From a virus, in IMG/VR virus record IMGVR_UViG_3300030430_004473, positions 1 through 64,000 of that record: a stretch of 64,000 bases of DNA. One strand, 5' to 3'. Positions 19,709 to 28,257 of the stretch are shown here, in pieces; positions within the stretch are counted from its first letter, which is position 1, and each line of letters starts with the position of its first letter. The translations under genes and the position numbers were made by a program. Below the pieces are notes generated by a model. It was not told the DNA's origin and did not search any database. It was given only the letters and a program-made list of their open reading frames with translations.

Positions 19709-20086
19709 ATGTTTAATTGGGAACATATTGCAACAATAGTAGTGACTTTGATCGGAGCAGCTTCATCTGAAAGAGCATGGAGATACTGGCAGAACAAACA
19801 AAAAGCAGCAATCGAGGATAAGAATATTCAACGAGAAGATCAGAATATGTATCGTGATGATCTCAGAGAAGAAGTAAAACGATTAAGAAACGATATGATC
19901 AAACTGTATGCAGAACGTGATGAAGAACGAACCAAAACAGCTTCTGATATTGCTGATCTCAGAGAACAGTTGGCAGTATTCAAAACCCGAGTAGAACATC
20001 TTGAAAAAGAGAATACCGAATTACGGGATCGGTTGGCAAACTGGAAACAGAAAGCAACCGATCAAGGTTTCACAATCACTGATTGA
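19709..20086 (+). CDS. N-terminal membrane anchor plus coiled coil (lysis-accessory-like)
   Basis: AGGAG RBS; hydrophobic N-terminus, heptad pattern. Confidence 0.55.
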   Translation: MFNWEHIATIVVTLIGAASSERAWRYWQNKQKAAIEDKNIQREDQNMYRDDLREEVKRLRNDMIKLYAERDEERTKTASDIADLREQLAVFKTRVEHLEKENTELRDRLANWKQKATDQGFTITD

Positions 20087-20264
20087 GCTTCAGTAATATC
20101 TTTTTAAGATCTTCTTCTTTACCTGTAATAGTACAGGTTTTGAAGCAAACAATACAATTGTATCGTATACATAGATCTTGAAAACCAGCTTCAATTATTT
20201 CAATAGATGTAGCTTCAGTAACAAATTTTTCTATTGTTGTAATATAATCAAATGTTAATGTCAT
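20076..20264 (-). CDS. hypothetical protein
   Basis: AACGGAG RBS. Confidence 0.6.
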   Translation of the reverse strand: MTLTFDYITTIEKFVTEATSIEIIEAGFQDLCIRYNCIVCFKTCTITGKEEDLKKILLKLNQ

Positions 20265-20275
20265 AATTTTCTCCG

Positions 20276-20470
20276 TTATTTGATAATGATATTTTGTTGT
20301 TGCTTTTTGGTCATTTTTCCTTTTTTATAGGAATTGAATACGATATACATTTCTCTTATCTTTGTGTGCTGACGAGTCCAAGCAGCTTTTTCAGCTTCAT
20401 TATTTGCCGTCATAGCATACAAGATTTCTTTTTCTTTTCCAATAAGTACGTTTAAATCCCAAAGTGTCAT
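20276..20470 (-). CDS. hypothetical protein
   Basis: AACAACGGAGG RBS before ATG 20470. Confidence 0.6.
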   Translation of the reverse strand: MTLWDLNVLIGKEKEILYAMTANNEAEKAAWTRQHTKIREMYIVFNSYKKGKMTKKQQQNIIIK

Positions 20471-20500
20471 GATTACCTCCGTTGTTTGAATCATATAATT

Positions 20501-20529
20501 ATCTTATAACACAAATCGTATTATGTCAA
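20501..20529 (-). promoter_or_regulatory. sigma70-type promoter
   Basis: TTGACA-17-TAAGAT. Confidence 0.7.
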
Positions 20530-20553
20530 ATAAATAATGAAATAATTTTATAT

Positions 20554-21183
20554 TTAATCAATATTCATGATCTTCTGTGTTTGTAGACTGAGCTTCCAAG
20601 TCGGCCTGGCTTTGCAGTACTCGATAGATTCTTTCATATATTGTTTGTTCTTACTTTCATCTTTACTGTCTAACGGTTGTATATAATAATGATCAGCAGT
20701 AATATACTTAGAAACCAAGTCAGGATCTAAAGCTGGATAGACTACTTTCAATTCGTGAGCATGTTCAAGCTTCTGTCGAGATCTTGATTTTGGACTACAA
20801 CAAATCCAATCAATATTTGGCGGTGGTATAATAGATCCGTTTGTTTCTACAGCTACATAATATCCGTTATCTTTCAATGTCTGTATCAATTCAAATTTAA
20901 CTTGCAACAAAGGTTCGCCACCGGTTAAAACTACAAACTTGCATGATTCTGATAACATCAGAAGTTTATCGATCAATGTATCGCCAGAATAGACGCCACC
21001 GTTTTGACCGTTTATTCCTATGAAGTCCGTATCACAGAAATTACATATTGCGTTTTTTCTATGTTCTTCTCTACCGGACCAGAAGTTACAGCTTGAAAAA
21101 CGAACGAATATAGCCGGCCTACCGCTATGAAAACCTTCACCTTGTATAGAGTAAAATATTTCTTTAATTGCGTAGTTTTTCAT
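20554..21183 (-). CDS. queE: 7-carboxy-7-deazaguanine synthase (radical SAM)
   Basis: EIFYSIQGEG, C-x14-CxxC, CDTDF, TGGEPLLQ, ETNG, LSLQTQK. Confidence 0.92.
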   Translation of the reverse strand: MKNYAIKEIFYSIQGEGFHSGRPAIFVRFSSCNFWSGREEHRKNAICNFCDTDFIGINGQNGGVYSGDTLIDKLLMLSESCKFVVLTGGEPLLQVKFELIQTLKDNGYYVAVETNGSIIPPPNIDWICCSPKSRSRQKLEHAHELKVVYPALDPDLVSKYITADHYYIQPLDSKDESKNKQYMKESIEYCKARPTWKLSLQTQKIMNID

Positions 21184-21821
21184 GGTAGTGCCATGACGAT
21201 TTGATCACCTTTCTGTATTCCGTTAGAAATGCATGAATTACAAGTTCCACAAGCTACATAGTTATTATTTATTTTAAGAGGTTGATAGCAGGAAGAACAA
21301 CATGAAAGAACATCAATCACAATGTGATTAGAATCATGAAAAATTTCGTCTTTGGCTATATCCATCAAAGGAGCTTCGATCCGAACATTCCAATCATCAG
21401 CTATAGAGTTAATCTTTTTCAGAAACTCAGGCCGGCAATCAACATAATCAGCTACATCATCCAACACGGCCCCGTATTGAATAACATTAGCACCGTTACA
21501 TACAGCTACATTTATAGCCATGTTGAGCATAATAGCGTTTCTATTAGGTACTACTCTAGATCCTGTGTTCCCACTTCCTATTTCCATAGATTTGGCATTG
21601 ATAGGCAAGTATAGACTTTGATATTCAAATGTATCATCATAATAAGATATCAGTTTCTTATAGATCAAAAGACTCGCTAACTTTTCAGCTTCTTTTGCTG
21701 GATGATCATAATCTATATGAAGTAGTAGAGCTTTTCCACTCTTCAAAGAAATAGCATGTTGAAGTGCTAGAATCGTGCTATCGATCCCACCGGAGAAAAG
21801 GATAATCTTCTTTACTGTCAT
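21180..21821 (-). CDS. queC: 7-cyano-7-deazaguanine synthase
   Basis: SGGIDS PP-loop, VPNRN, DCRPEF, SCY..CGTCNSC. Confidence 0.92.
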   Translation of the reverse strand: MTVKKIILFSGGIDSTILALQHAISLKSGKALLLHIDYDHPAKEAEKLASLLIYKKLISYYDDTFEYQSLYLPINAKSMEIGSGNTGSRVVPNRNAIMLNMAINVAVCNGANVIQYGAVLDDVADYVDCRPEFLKKINSIADDWNVRIEAPLMDIAKDEIFHDSNHIVIDVLSCCSSCYQPLKINNNYVACGTCNSCISNGIQKGDQIVMALP

Positions 21822-22650
21822 TTTTTCCAAGTCCTATATAGTCTGTGTCAATCAATAGCATTTCGTCATACGTTGATGAACAAATGCCAAAAATAGACAA
21901 TCGTTGTTGTAGTGTTTTAAGTATTGTAAATGTTAGTTTTTCTTCTAAAAATAATGTAGTTTGTTTCTTCTTCATAGCAAAGTAATTAATGAATTTCTTA
22001 TTGTGAGTAAGAAACTGAGTATAGCCGGACCCGTCTATGCTTTTTACTTTATGAGCTAGACAATACTTTAATCTTCTCATTGTGTTGACTCTACCAACAT
22101 GGCACCATACATCATGTTCCATACATAAAGAAGATATCCACGGAATAGCTTCTAGTTTTGGTTCTGTTGTTCCACCTACGAAAATACCATATCCTCTACT
22201 AACAAAAGGAAGAAGATCGTCTTTGGTCATGCCATCTTGCCAAACAAGTAATAACTTCGTATCTAGATCTAGTTGTTCTAACCGATCAATCCACTCATCA
22301 GCTTGTTCCAGTGTTGCTTTGCTATCTCCTACTACATCAGGAATCGCAATCCAGTCAGCTCCGTTTCCTAAGTCTTTACACATGTTAATAAATCGATCTT
22401 CATCAAAGTCTGTTCCTTTGTTGTAATCAATATAAGCACCGTTATCCAGGCCGTATCCTCTCAAGTTGATAGAATGAAGTAGATAGTCTTTTTTGTTCCA
22501 GAATTGTGGACTCAGTACAACACGCATAGCCAAACGAGAAAACACTTTATGACGTTGAATATCATTCTTTCTATGTACTGAATGAATGAAAGATCCATAC
22601 ATAACAATGTTCATTTCTTTATAGATATTATGATCGTCAGCTATTATCAT
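21778..22650 (-). CDS. TGT-fold (DpdA-like) DNA guanine transglycosylase candidate
   Basis: LDNGAY, PDVVGD, VWQ, FVGG, HVGRVNT, SIDGSG; first gene of the queC-queE operon. Confidence 0.65.
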   Translation of the reverse strand: MIIADDHNIYKEMNIVMYGSFIHSVHRKNDIQRHKVFSRLAMRVVLSPQFWNKKDYLLHSINLRGYGLDNGAYIDYNKGTDFDEDRFINMCKDLGNGADWIAIPDVVGDSKATLEQADEWIDRLEQLDLDTKLLLVWQDGMTKDDLLPFVSRGYGIFVGGTTEPKLEAIPWISSLCMEHDVWCHVGRVNTMRRLKYCLAHKVKSIDGSGYTQFLTHNKKFINYFAMKKKQTTLFLEEKLTFTILKTLQQRLSIFGICSSTYDEMLLIDTDYIGLGKNDSKEDYPFLRWDR

Positions 22651-22656
22651 GAATAA

Positions 22657-22685
22657 ACAATAACACAGAATGAGCTATTATTCAA
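22657..22685 (-). promoter_or_regulatory. promoter for tgt-like/queC/queE operon (possibly leaderless)
   Basis: TTGAAT-17-(TGT)TATTGT, 6 nt before ATG 22650. Confidence 0.5.
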
Positions 22686-22745
22686 CGAATAATCTGTTTT
22701 GTGTTATTATATTGCTACATATAAAAGACACAAGGAGGTCGAAAA

Positions 22746-25523
22746 ATGGAATTTGCTATTGTTGTTCCTACAATGGGACTATCACACGTTAAAGAATTAT
22801 GTCAATCTATCATTGAAAACTGGAGGGGTAGAGGTCTATTGGTTCTGTCTTTCAATCCTAAAGATACGCACATGGCCTTGTTAGTAAAAAATGAATGTGA
22901 TTCATTATTGAAAGCAGCTACAGAATCAATGCATGGTTTTGAATACAAGATTATCTATCATGATCATCCTTTGGGTTTTGGTGCAGCTGTTAATGTTGGT
23001 CTGAGAGAAATACCAAACTTAAAAGAAATAAAGCAAGTCATTATATTGAATGATGATTGTATAGTTACTTCTGGCTGGCGAGAGGGTTTATGGAATGGTC
23101 ATATTACTAACAAAGCCCAAACAGCTCATCAAAGCATGACAGGAAAAGAACAATCTCCGATAGGTTTGCTGGGTGGACCGGTCGGCTTGGTTTCAGCATG
23201 TTCGTTTAATGTATCCGGTGAACAGAATATTGGTAATGAAGGAAACTTGAAAGCTTTTGAAAAAATGGGCATTAAAGAATTTTCTCGTCAATATAAACTT
23301 CAGTTATCAAATCAATACCTTAGAGCTGACTTTATTAGTGGGTTTGTCTTATCTATTGAAAATAGTTGTTTTTGGGATCTTGTAGAAGAAACAGAAAAAG
23401 GAATCTGTTTATTTGATGAACGATTTTTGATAGGTGGTTTTGAAGATAATGATCTATGTTATCGAGCAACAAAAGCTGGATATCAAATGTTGATAGCGAA
23501 AGATACGTTTATTCATCATCTCGGTCACAAATCATTTGGTTCATACTATCCAGAAGCTCTAGTGGGTTTACATAATCGTGATGTATATTACAACAAATGG
23601 AAAGAAGAAACACAACGAGATCAGAAACTTGTAGCTGCTTACAGACTTGCAATAAAATGCGTTAATGATTTGGTACAGTTCCGATCTTCAGTGAAAAAAG
23701 CTATTGGCGTTGGTGTTAAAGGTTTTGCGATTTTACTGACGAACAATCCGAAATCGTTACTAGATTCTTATGACAAAAACCTACTTCATTCTTTGCCACC
23801 AGAAGAAAGAAAATTTGCTGAAGAGCTGGTCAAATGTCAAGATCAAGAGGCAATAATCGAGAAGTTTGAAGATTACATAACGATATTGACCGGATATGTA
23901 GAGGCCAATTTAGGCTATACCGATTGGAAGAGTTTCAATGAACGAAAAGAAAGAAACAGAACACACGAATTAGCTGAAGAAATGGGAGCTGATTGGATCA
24001 TTTCTATAGATAGTGATGAAGTCATAGAAGATCGTATTACAAAAGACTATATGGATCGATTGATGAAACATCCTGATCCTTTGGTTATGGGCTATCATAC
24101 CGGCTGGATCAATCACTGGGAAACAATGAATCTAGTAAGAACAGACAAACCTTTTACAAGCGGACCAGACTTGAAAGCTAGTATGATTGGCGTTAGAATG
24201 TGGAAAACTAGAAAGAATCCTTTGAGAATAGTATCAGGAACAGACAACGGCTTACATTGTGGTAATGCACCGGAATATAGTCCATACACAATTCGAGTAG
24301 CCGGTTTTCGATTCAGACACTTGTCACATGTTCGAGGTGTTGACAGAATAGCAAAGAAATTATTTTATGACAACATAGATCAATCTAAAGAATCAATCTT
24401 TATAGGCCAAAATGATGGCTACAATCATATAGTTCAACGTGATGATGTTGTAGTTCAGTTGTTCAATCCAGCGAACGGAATAGCTGGTTTTATGCTTTGC
24501 TACGAAGAAGAAGAAACAGAATTAGTAGCTCAAAAGTTAGAATTGATGTATTCGGTTTGTGATTATGCAATTATAGTTTGGACTAGCAAAGAAGAAAAGA
24601 GTGAAAAACTATTATCATTAGCTGCTCATTATAAAGCGATATGGCTACACAAAGAGTTTGATCGTAATGTAGGACTATCTGAATGTAGAAACGCAGCTGT
24701 AGACTATATTCGAGAAAACCTATTACAAAAAGGTGTCAGTTGGGCGTTGTTCTATGACCCTGATGAAATGTTGTTGGAATCTCCACATGTTCACAATGCA
24801 AGTATTAGAAGATGTGCAGAATTGAATGACAGTTGGGGTATTTCATTCACTTTCAAAAACAAATTGCCAAAAGGTTCGACACTTCCTGTATCTAACAGTT
24901 CTTCTATTCGTATGTTCAGAGTAGATCCGCAAGGCATTATGCGTTTTAGCGGTAGAGTTCATGAGTCATTTGATGATAGTTTAACGTTTTTACAAAATCA
25001 AAATATCAATCCTTTGATTAAAACATTCCCATACAACATGTTGAATCTAGGCCTATCCAAAGATCCAGAAGCTATGAAAAAGAAATTATTGAAGTATACA
25101 GAAATGCTAGTGAATGACTTAGAACAAAATCCTTTACGATCTCAGTGTTGGCTAGCTCTAGGTTTGCAATATGTTAATGAAGGTGACATGGAAAAAGCAG
25201 AAATCTGTATGGAACGAAGTTGTATGACAGCTGGCGGTGCATATATGCCGTTCAAAGAGTTGGCAACGATACAAATAAACAAAACATTAGCTCTGATATT
25301 GAAGTCAAAAGAAAGATTAAATGGTGGAGAGTCTGTTTATTGGCCTGGTGTTGACGATCTTATCAAAGTCATTACGAAAGTTGTTCCTCCTCATCCTATT
25401 ATCAATACGGGTCCGAAGAACATCATAGAAGATTTGGAATTGCCTTTCTTCCCTTATGATCGTATAACAGTAAATGAAGAAGGCGATTTTATAATTATAC
25501 CAGAGCAACAAAATGAAGAATAA
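22746..25523 (+). CDS. multi-domain GT2-family glycosyltransferase with TPR-like C-terminus
   Basis: Three DxD-type sites (LNDDC, IDSDE, YDPDE), GFEDNDL, GRVHE. Confidence 0.8.
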   Translation: MEFAIVVPTMGLSHVKELCQSIIENWRGRGLLVLSFNPKDTHMALLVKNECDSLLKAATESMHGFEYKIIYHDHPLGFGAAVNVGLREIPNLKEIKQVIILNDDCIVTSGWREGLWNGHITNKAQTAHQSMTGKEQSPIGLLGGPVGLVSACSFNVSGEQNIGNEGNLKAFEKMGIKEFSRQYKLQLSNQYLRADFISGFVLSIENSCFWDLVEETEKGICLFDERFLIGGFEDNDLCYRATKAGYQMLIAKDTFIHHLGHKSFGSYYPEALVGLHNRDVYYNKWKEETQRDQKLVAAYRLAIKCVNDLVQFRSSVKKAIGVGVKGFAILLTNNPKSLLDSYDKNLLHSLPPEERKFAEELVKCQDQEAIIEKFEDYITILTGYVEANLGYTDWKSFNERKERNRTHELAEEMGADWIISIDSDEVIEDRITKDYMDRLMKHPDPLVMGYHTGWINHWETMNLVRTDKPFTSGPDLKASMIGVRMWKTRKNPLRIVSGTDNGLHCGNAPEYSPYTIRVAGFRFRHLSHVRGVDRIAKKLFYDNIDQSKESIFIGQNDGYNHIVQRDDVVVQLFNPANGIAGFMLCYEEEETELVAQKLELMYSVCDYAIIVWTSKEEKSEKLLSLAAHYKAIWLHKEFDRNVGLSECRNAAVDYIRENLLQKGVSWALFYDPDEMLLESPHVHNASIRRCAELNDSWGISFTFKNKLPKGSTLPVSNSSSIRMFRVDPQGIMRFSGRVHESFDDSLTFLQNQNINPLIKTFPYNMLNLGLSKDPEAMKKKLLKYTEMLVNDLEQNPLRSQCWLALGLQYVNEGDMEKAEICMERSCMTAGGAYMPFKELATIQINKTLALILKSKERLNGGESVYWPGVDDLIKVITKVVPPHPIINTGPKNIIEDLELPFFPYDRITVNEEGDFIIIPEQQNEE

Positions 25524-25980
25524 AACAGGACTTCGGTTTGATACAAGGCAGCTAGACTTTCTACGAAAAATAGAAAAGAAAACCGGTCAAGCTAGTGCGA
25601 AAGCTATAGCAAAGACCGGAGCTGTAATGTTACAAGAAATAAAGAAGTCTGTCAATATGGCAGCTTTTAGTCAAGCTCAATTAGCGGGCATGGATCATCC
25701 GTATGCAAAACGACATGGAAAAATTGGAAATCTCAAAGGCAGGCCGAGTTATGCAGTAGGAAAAAATACCGGCAAGTTTGCTAGAACGATTTTAGGTAAA
25801 ACAACGAATCAATATGAATATCGAATATTTTATCAAGATTCTGAAATAGGAAGATATATTGTATTAGGTACTCGAATCATGTTAGCTAGAGATCCGATAG
25901 GCCAAACTTTTCAATCGAGAAAAACACAACAATTATTCAAAAAAACATTAAATAAAGAATTCAAAAGAGCTATGAAATGA
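25513..25980 (+). CDS. neck/tail completion protein (HK97 gp10-like)
   Basis: Basic 155 aa; LGTRIMLARD; position. Confidence 0.6.
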   Translation: MKNKTGLRFDTRQLDFLRKIEKKTGQASAKAIAKTGAVMLQEIKKSVNMAAFSQAQLAGMDHPYAKRHGKIGNLKGRPSYAVGKNTGKFARTILGKTTNQYEYRIFYQDSEIGRYIVLGTRIMLARDPIGQTFQSRKTQQLFKKTLNKEFKRAMK

Positions 25981-26390
25981 AGTCTGATCCGTTAGAATTG
26001 TTACAATTGATTCGATTGAAGTTATTAAGTACTTCAGCAGTGACCGATTTGGTAGGTGAGCGTATTCATACAAGTCATTATATGGACTTTGATAATGAAA
26101 CCAGACCGTTGCCAGCGGTGATTATCGAGTTACAAGGTGGTGACATGAATTATAGTCAGAAACTTCAATCTACAACATTGTATATATATACTTATTCAAA
26201 CCAAAACTCAGCTCAAGCTACCGAGTTGTATCATCAAGTTACTCTAGCTCTACATGCTCAAGAATTGAATCATGCCGAATTAACATTGAAGGGAATGATA
26301 GAAGAAACTACCAGACCGATAAGTGGCTATAATGACAAAGTAAGATCTTGGTTTCTGAGAGGAAGTTTTTTAGCTTTGACAGTAGGATAG
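25977..26390 (+). CDS. tail terminator protein
   Basis: LVGERI..PAVII pattern; upstream of tail tube. Confidence 0.7.
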   Translation: MKSDPLELLQLIRLKLLSTSAVTDLVGERIHTSHYMDFDNETRPLPAVIIELQGGDMNYSQKLQSTTLYIYTYSNQNSAQATELYHQVTLALHAQELNHAELTLKGMIEETTRPISGYNDKVRSWFLRGSFLALTVG

Positions 26391-26399
26391 GAGATAAAC

Positions 26400-26654
26400 A
26401 TGCCGGAGAAAGAGAAAGATTTTGAAGATAACCTAGAACATTGGCATTGTGAAAAGTGCAAAATACGAATAGGCGTTGTGGATAAAGAAGAACAACAAAT
26501 CAGAGTACGATATAAAGATCTAGTAGTTCTATACGATTGGAAAGGAATAAGTAAGAATGATGATGAGCTGAAAATTATCTGTAGACGTTGTGCTTGGATG
26601 AATACAAAAAAGCGAATCGATCTGAATATTGATACACAAAAACAAAAAAGGTGA
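26400..26654 (+). CDS. Zn-ribbon protein, Mu Com-like
   Basis: CEKC..IICRRCAWMN; AGGAG RBS. Confidence 0.55.
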   Translation: MPEKEKDFEDNLEHWHCEKCKIRIGVVDKEEQQIRVRYKDLVVLYDWKGISKNDDELKIICRRCAWMNTKKRIDLNIDTQKQKR

Positions 26655-26684
26655 TATACTATAGACAATCATTAAGGAGAAATT

Positions 26685-27278
26685 ATGGCATTAAATCAAC
26701 CGAATGGAAATACAAATAATATATCGTTTGGGCCTGGTGTAGTTAAGATTGGGCCGTGGCAGGATACGAATCCGAACCCACCTACCAGCTTTTCTGGTGA
26801 TATCACCCCAGCGACGGATGTAGGTTTTATCGGAGAAGATGGGATCACAATAGAATTAACTTCTGAAAAACGAAATATCGTTCAAGGTAATCCACAAATT
26901 GTTACTTATAGCTTTGCTACGTCTCAATCAGTTATGATCAATTTTACTTCTATTGAGTACGATTTTGAAAACTTCGTCTTTGCTTTGGGAGCTGGTGCTA
27001 CTTCTAACCCTGCAGGACAATCTCTATTTGCTTTTGGTGGTAATCCTTTGAATACAGAATGTGCAATATTCATAGAGCATAAAATGGCAAGTAGTGGAAA
27101 CACACTAAATATCTATGCTTGGAAATGTCAAAGTGAATCCGGCTTTAGTATTCCTCTAACAGCTACAGAAGAACATTCGTTCGAATTCTCTTTTCAAGTA
27201 TTAAACTCGGTTTATGACTGGCAAGGTCAAGTTTTGCCAGCTGAAGAAGGTTTGATAAGATTGCAACGAGTATATTAA
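26685..27278 (+). CDS. major tail tube protein
   Basis: NISFGPG..DVGFIGEDG; TGA-TATACT promoter, AAGGAG RBS, downstream terminator. Confidence 0.8.
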   Translation: MALNQPNGNTNNISFGPGVVKIGPWQDTNPNPPTSFSGDITPATDVGFIGEDGITIELTSEKRNIVQGNPQIVTYSFATSQSVMINFTSIEYDFENFVFALGAGATSNPAGQSLFAFGGNPLNTECAIFIEHKMASSGNTLNIYAWKCQSESGFSIPLTATEEHSFEFSFQVLNSVYDWQGQVLPAEEGLIRLQRVY

Positions 27279-27324
27279 TTTAAACTGTTTGTATAGTTCA
27301 TAAATAATTTCCTTTATTTGGTTC

Positions 27325-27365
27325 GGGTGGGTTTTGTAGGTTAGGCTCACCCTTTTCTTTTTTTT
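27325..27365 (+). terminator. rho-independent terminator after tail tube
   Basis: GGGTGGGTTT/AGGCTCACCC stem followed by long T tract. Confidence 0.8.
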
Positions 27366-27402
27366 GTGTTATAGTATTCTGTATTACAAAGGAGGCAGAA
27401 TA

Positions 27403-27879
27403 ATGTCAGAAAAAACAGATACACAAACAAAAGCAGAAGAAGCTACAGAAACTATCAAAGGTTTATTTGCAAACCTCGTTCCGGTAGATAGAACAACAGT
27501 GACAGATATTTTTGGTGAAGAACATCACTTGTCATGTACTATATCAGCTCGAACACAGATCAAACTATTACGATTGATAGAAGAAGTGAAAGACGTTGAA
27601 TTTAACATTGATTTCTCAACAGATGAAGTCAATATTATAGATATGCTTTTATCACTAGCAAACAATGAAAAGTTTTTAGCAGTACTAGGAAAGTGCTTTG
27701 ATCTGGCCTATCCCAAAGTAGTTGCAGAAGTCAAATTTGAAGCTGACCAAAACGGAATTGACGCTGATGATGCTCTAGATCTATTTCCAATTGAAGATGT
27801 AATCGGAGCAATCGCCCCTTTATTTATTCGCCTAGCAAAAAAGACAATGGGAGCGTTGCAAACCGTAACGGAAAGCTAG
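27403..27879 (+). CDS. tail assembly chaperone (G)
   Basis: GGAGG RBS; between tube and tape measure. Confidence 0.75.
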   Translation: MSEKTDTQTKAEEATETIKGLFANLVPVDRTTVTDIFGEEHHLSCTISARTQIKLLRLIEEVKDVEFNIDFSTDEVNIIDMLLSLANNEKFLAVLGKCFDLAYPKVVAEVKFEADQNGIDADDALDLFPIEDVIGAIAPLFIRLAKKTMGALQTVTES

Positions 27880-28223
27880 GCGTACCGCCCAAAAAGAAAA
27901 CAGAAAAAGAACAAGTCGAAGAGCTTGAAGAAGTTATCGGTACTTTAATAGAATCTGGATATGATCTAGAAAGAGTACTGGACTTTTCTTTTGAACAAAT
28001 ATCGTTTATTGCTCGGTGTATCGTTCGACACAAAGCAAAAATGCTTAATATGGTTTTCGAGCCGATAGCTGCCGGTTTCAGTAAGAAAGGAAAAAAACAA
28101 AGACGTGCTGAAAGTATCGAAACGCAAAAGAAATTACGTCAATCTGGAGCTTCTCCGGAAGTTCGAGATCAAATGCTTGTTGACAAACTAGCTGGTCTCG
28201 GAATATCAGTTAAAGATCAATGA
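27403..28223 (+). CDS. tail assembly chaperone GT (-1 frameshift product)
   Basis: -1 frame open 27795-28223; slippery C_CCT_TTA (27816-27822) and A_AAA_AAG (27837-27843). Confidence 0.7.
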
Positions 28224-28257
28224 ATGATGATATAATGATATTCATTAGGAGATAAAC

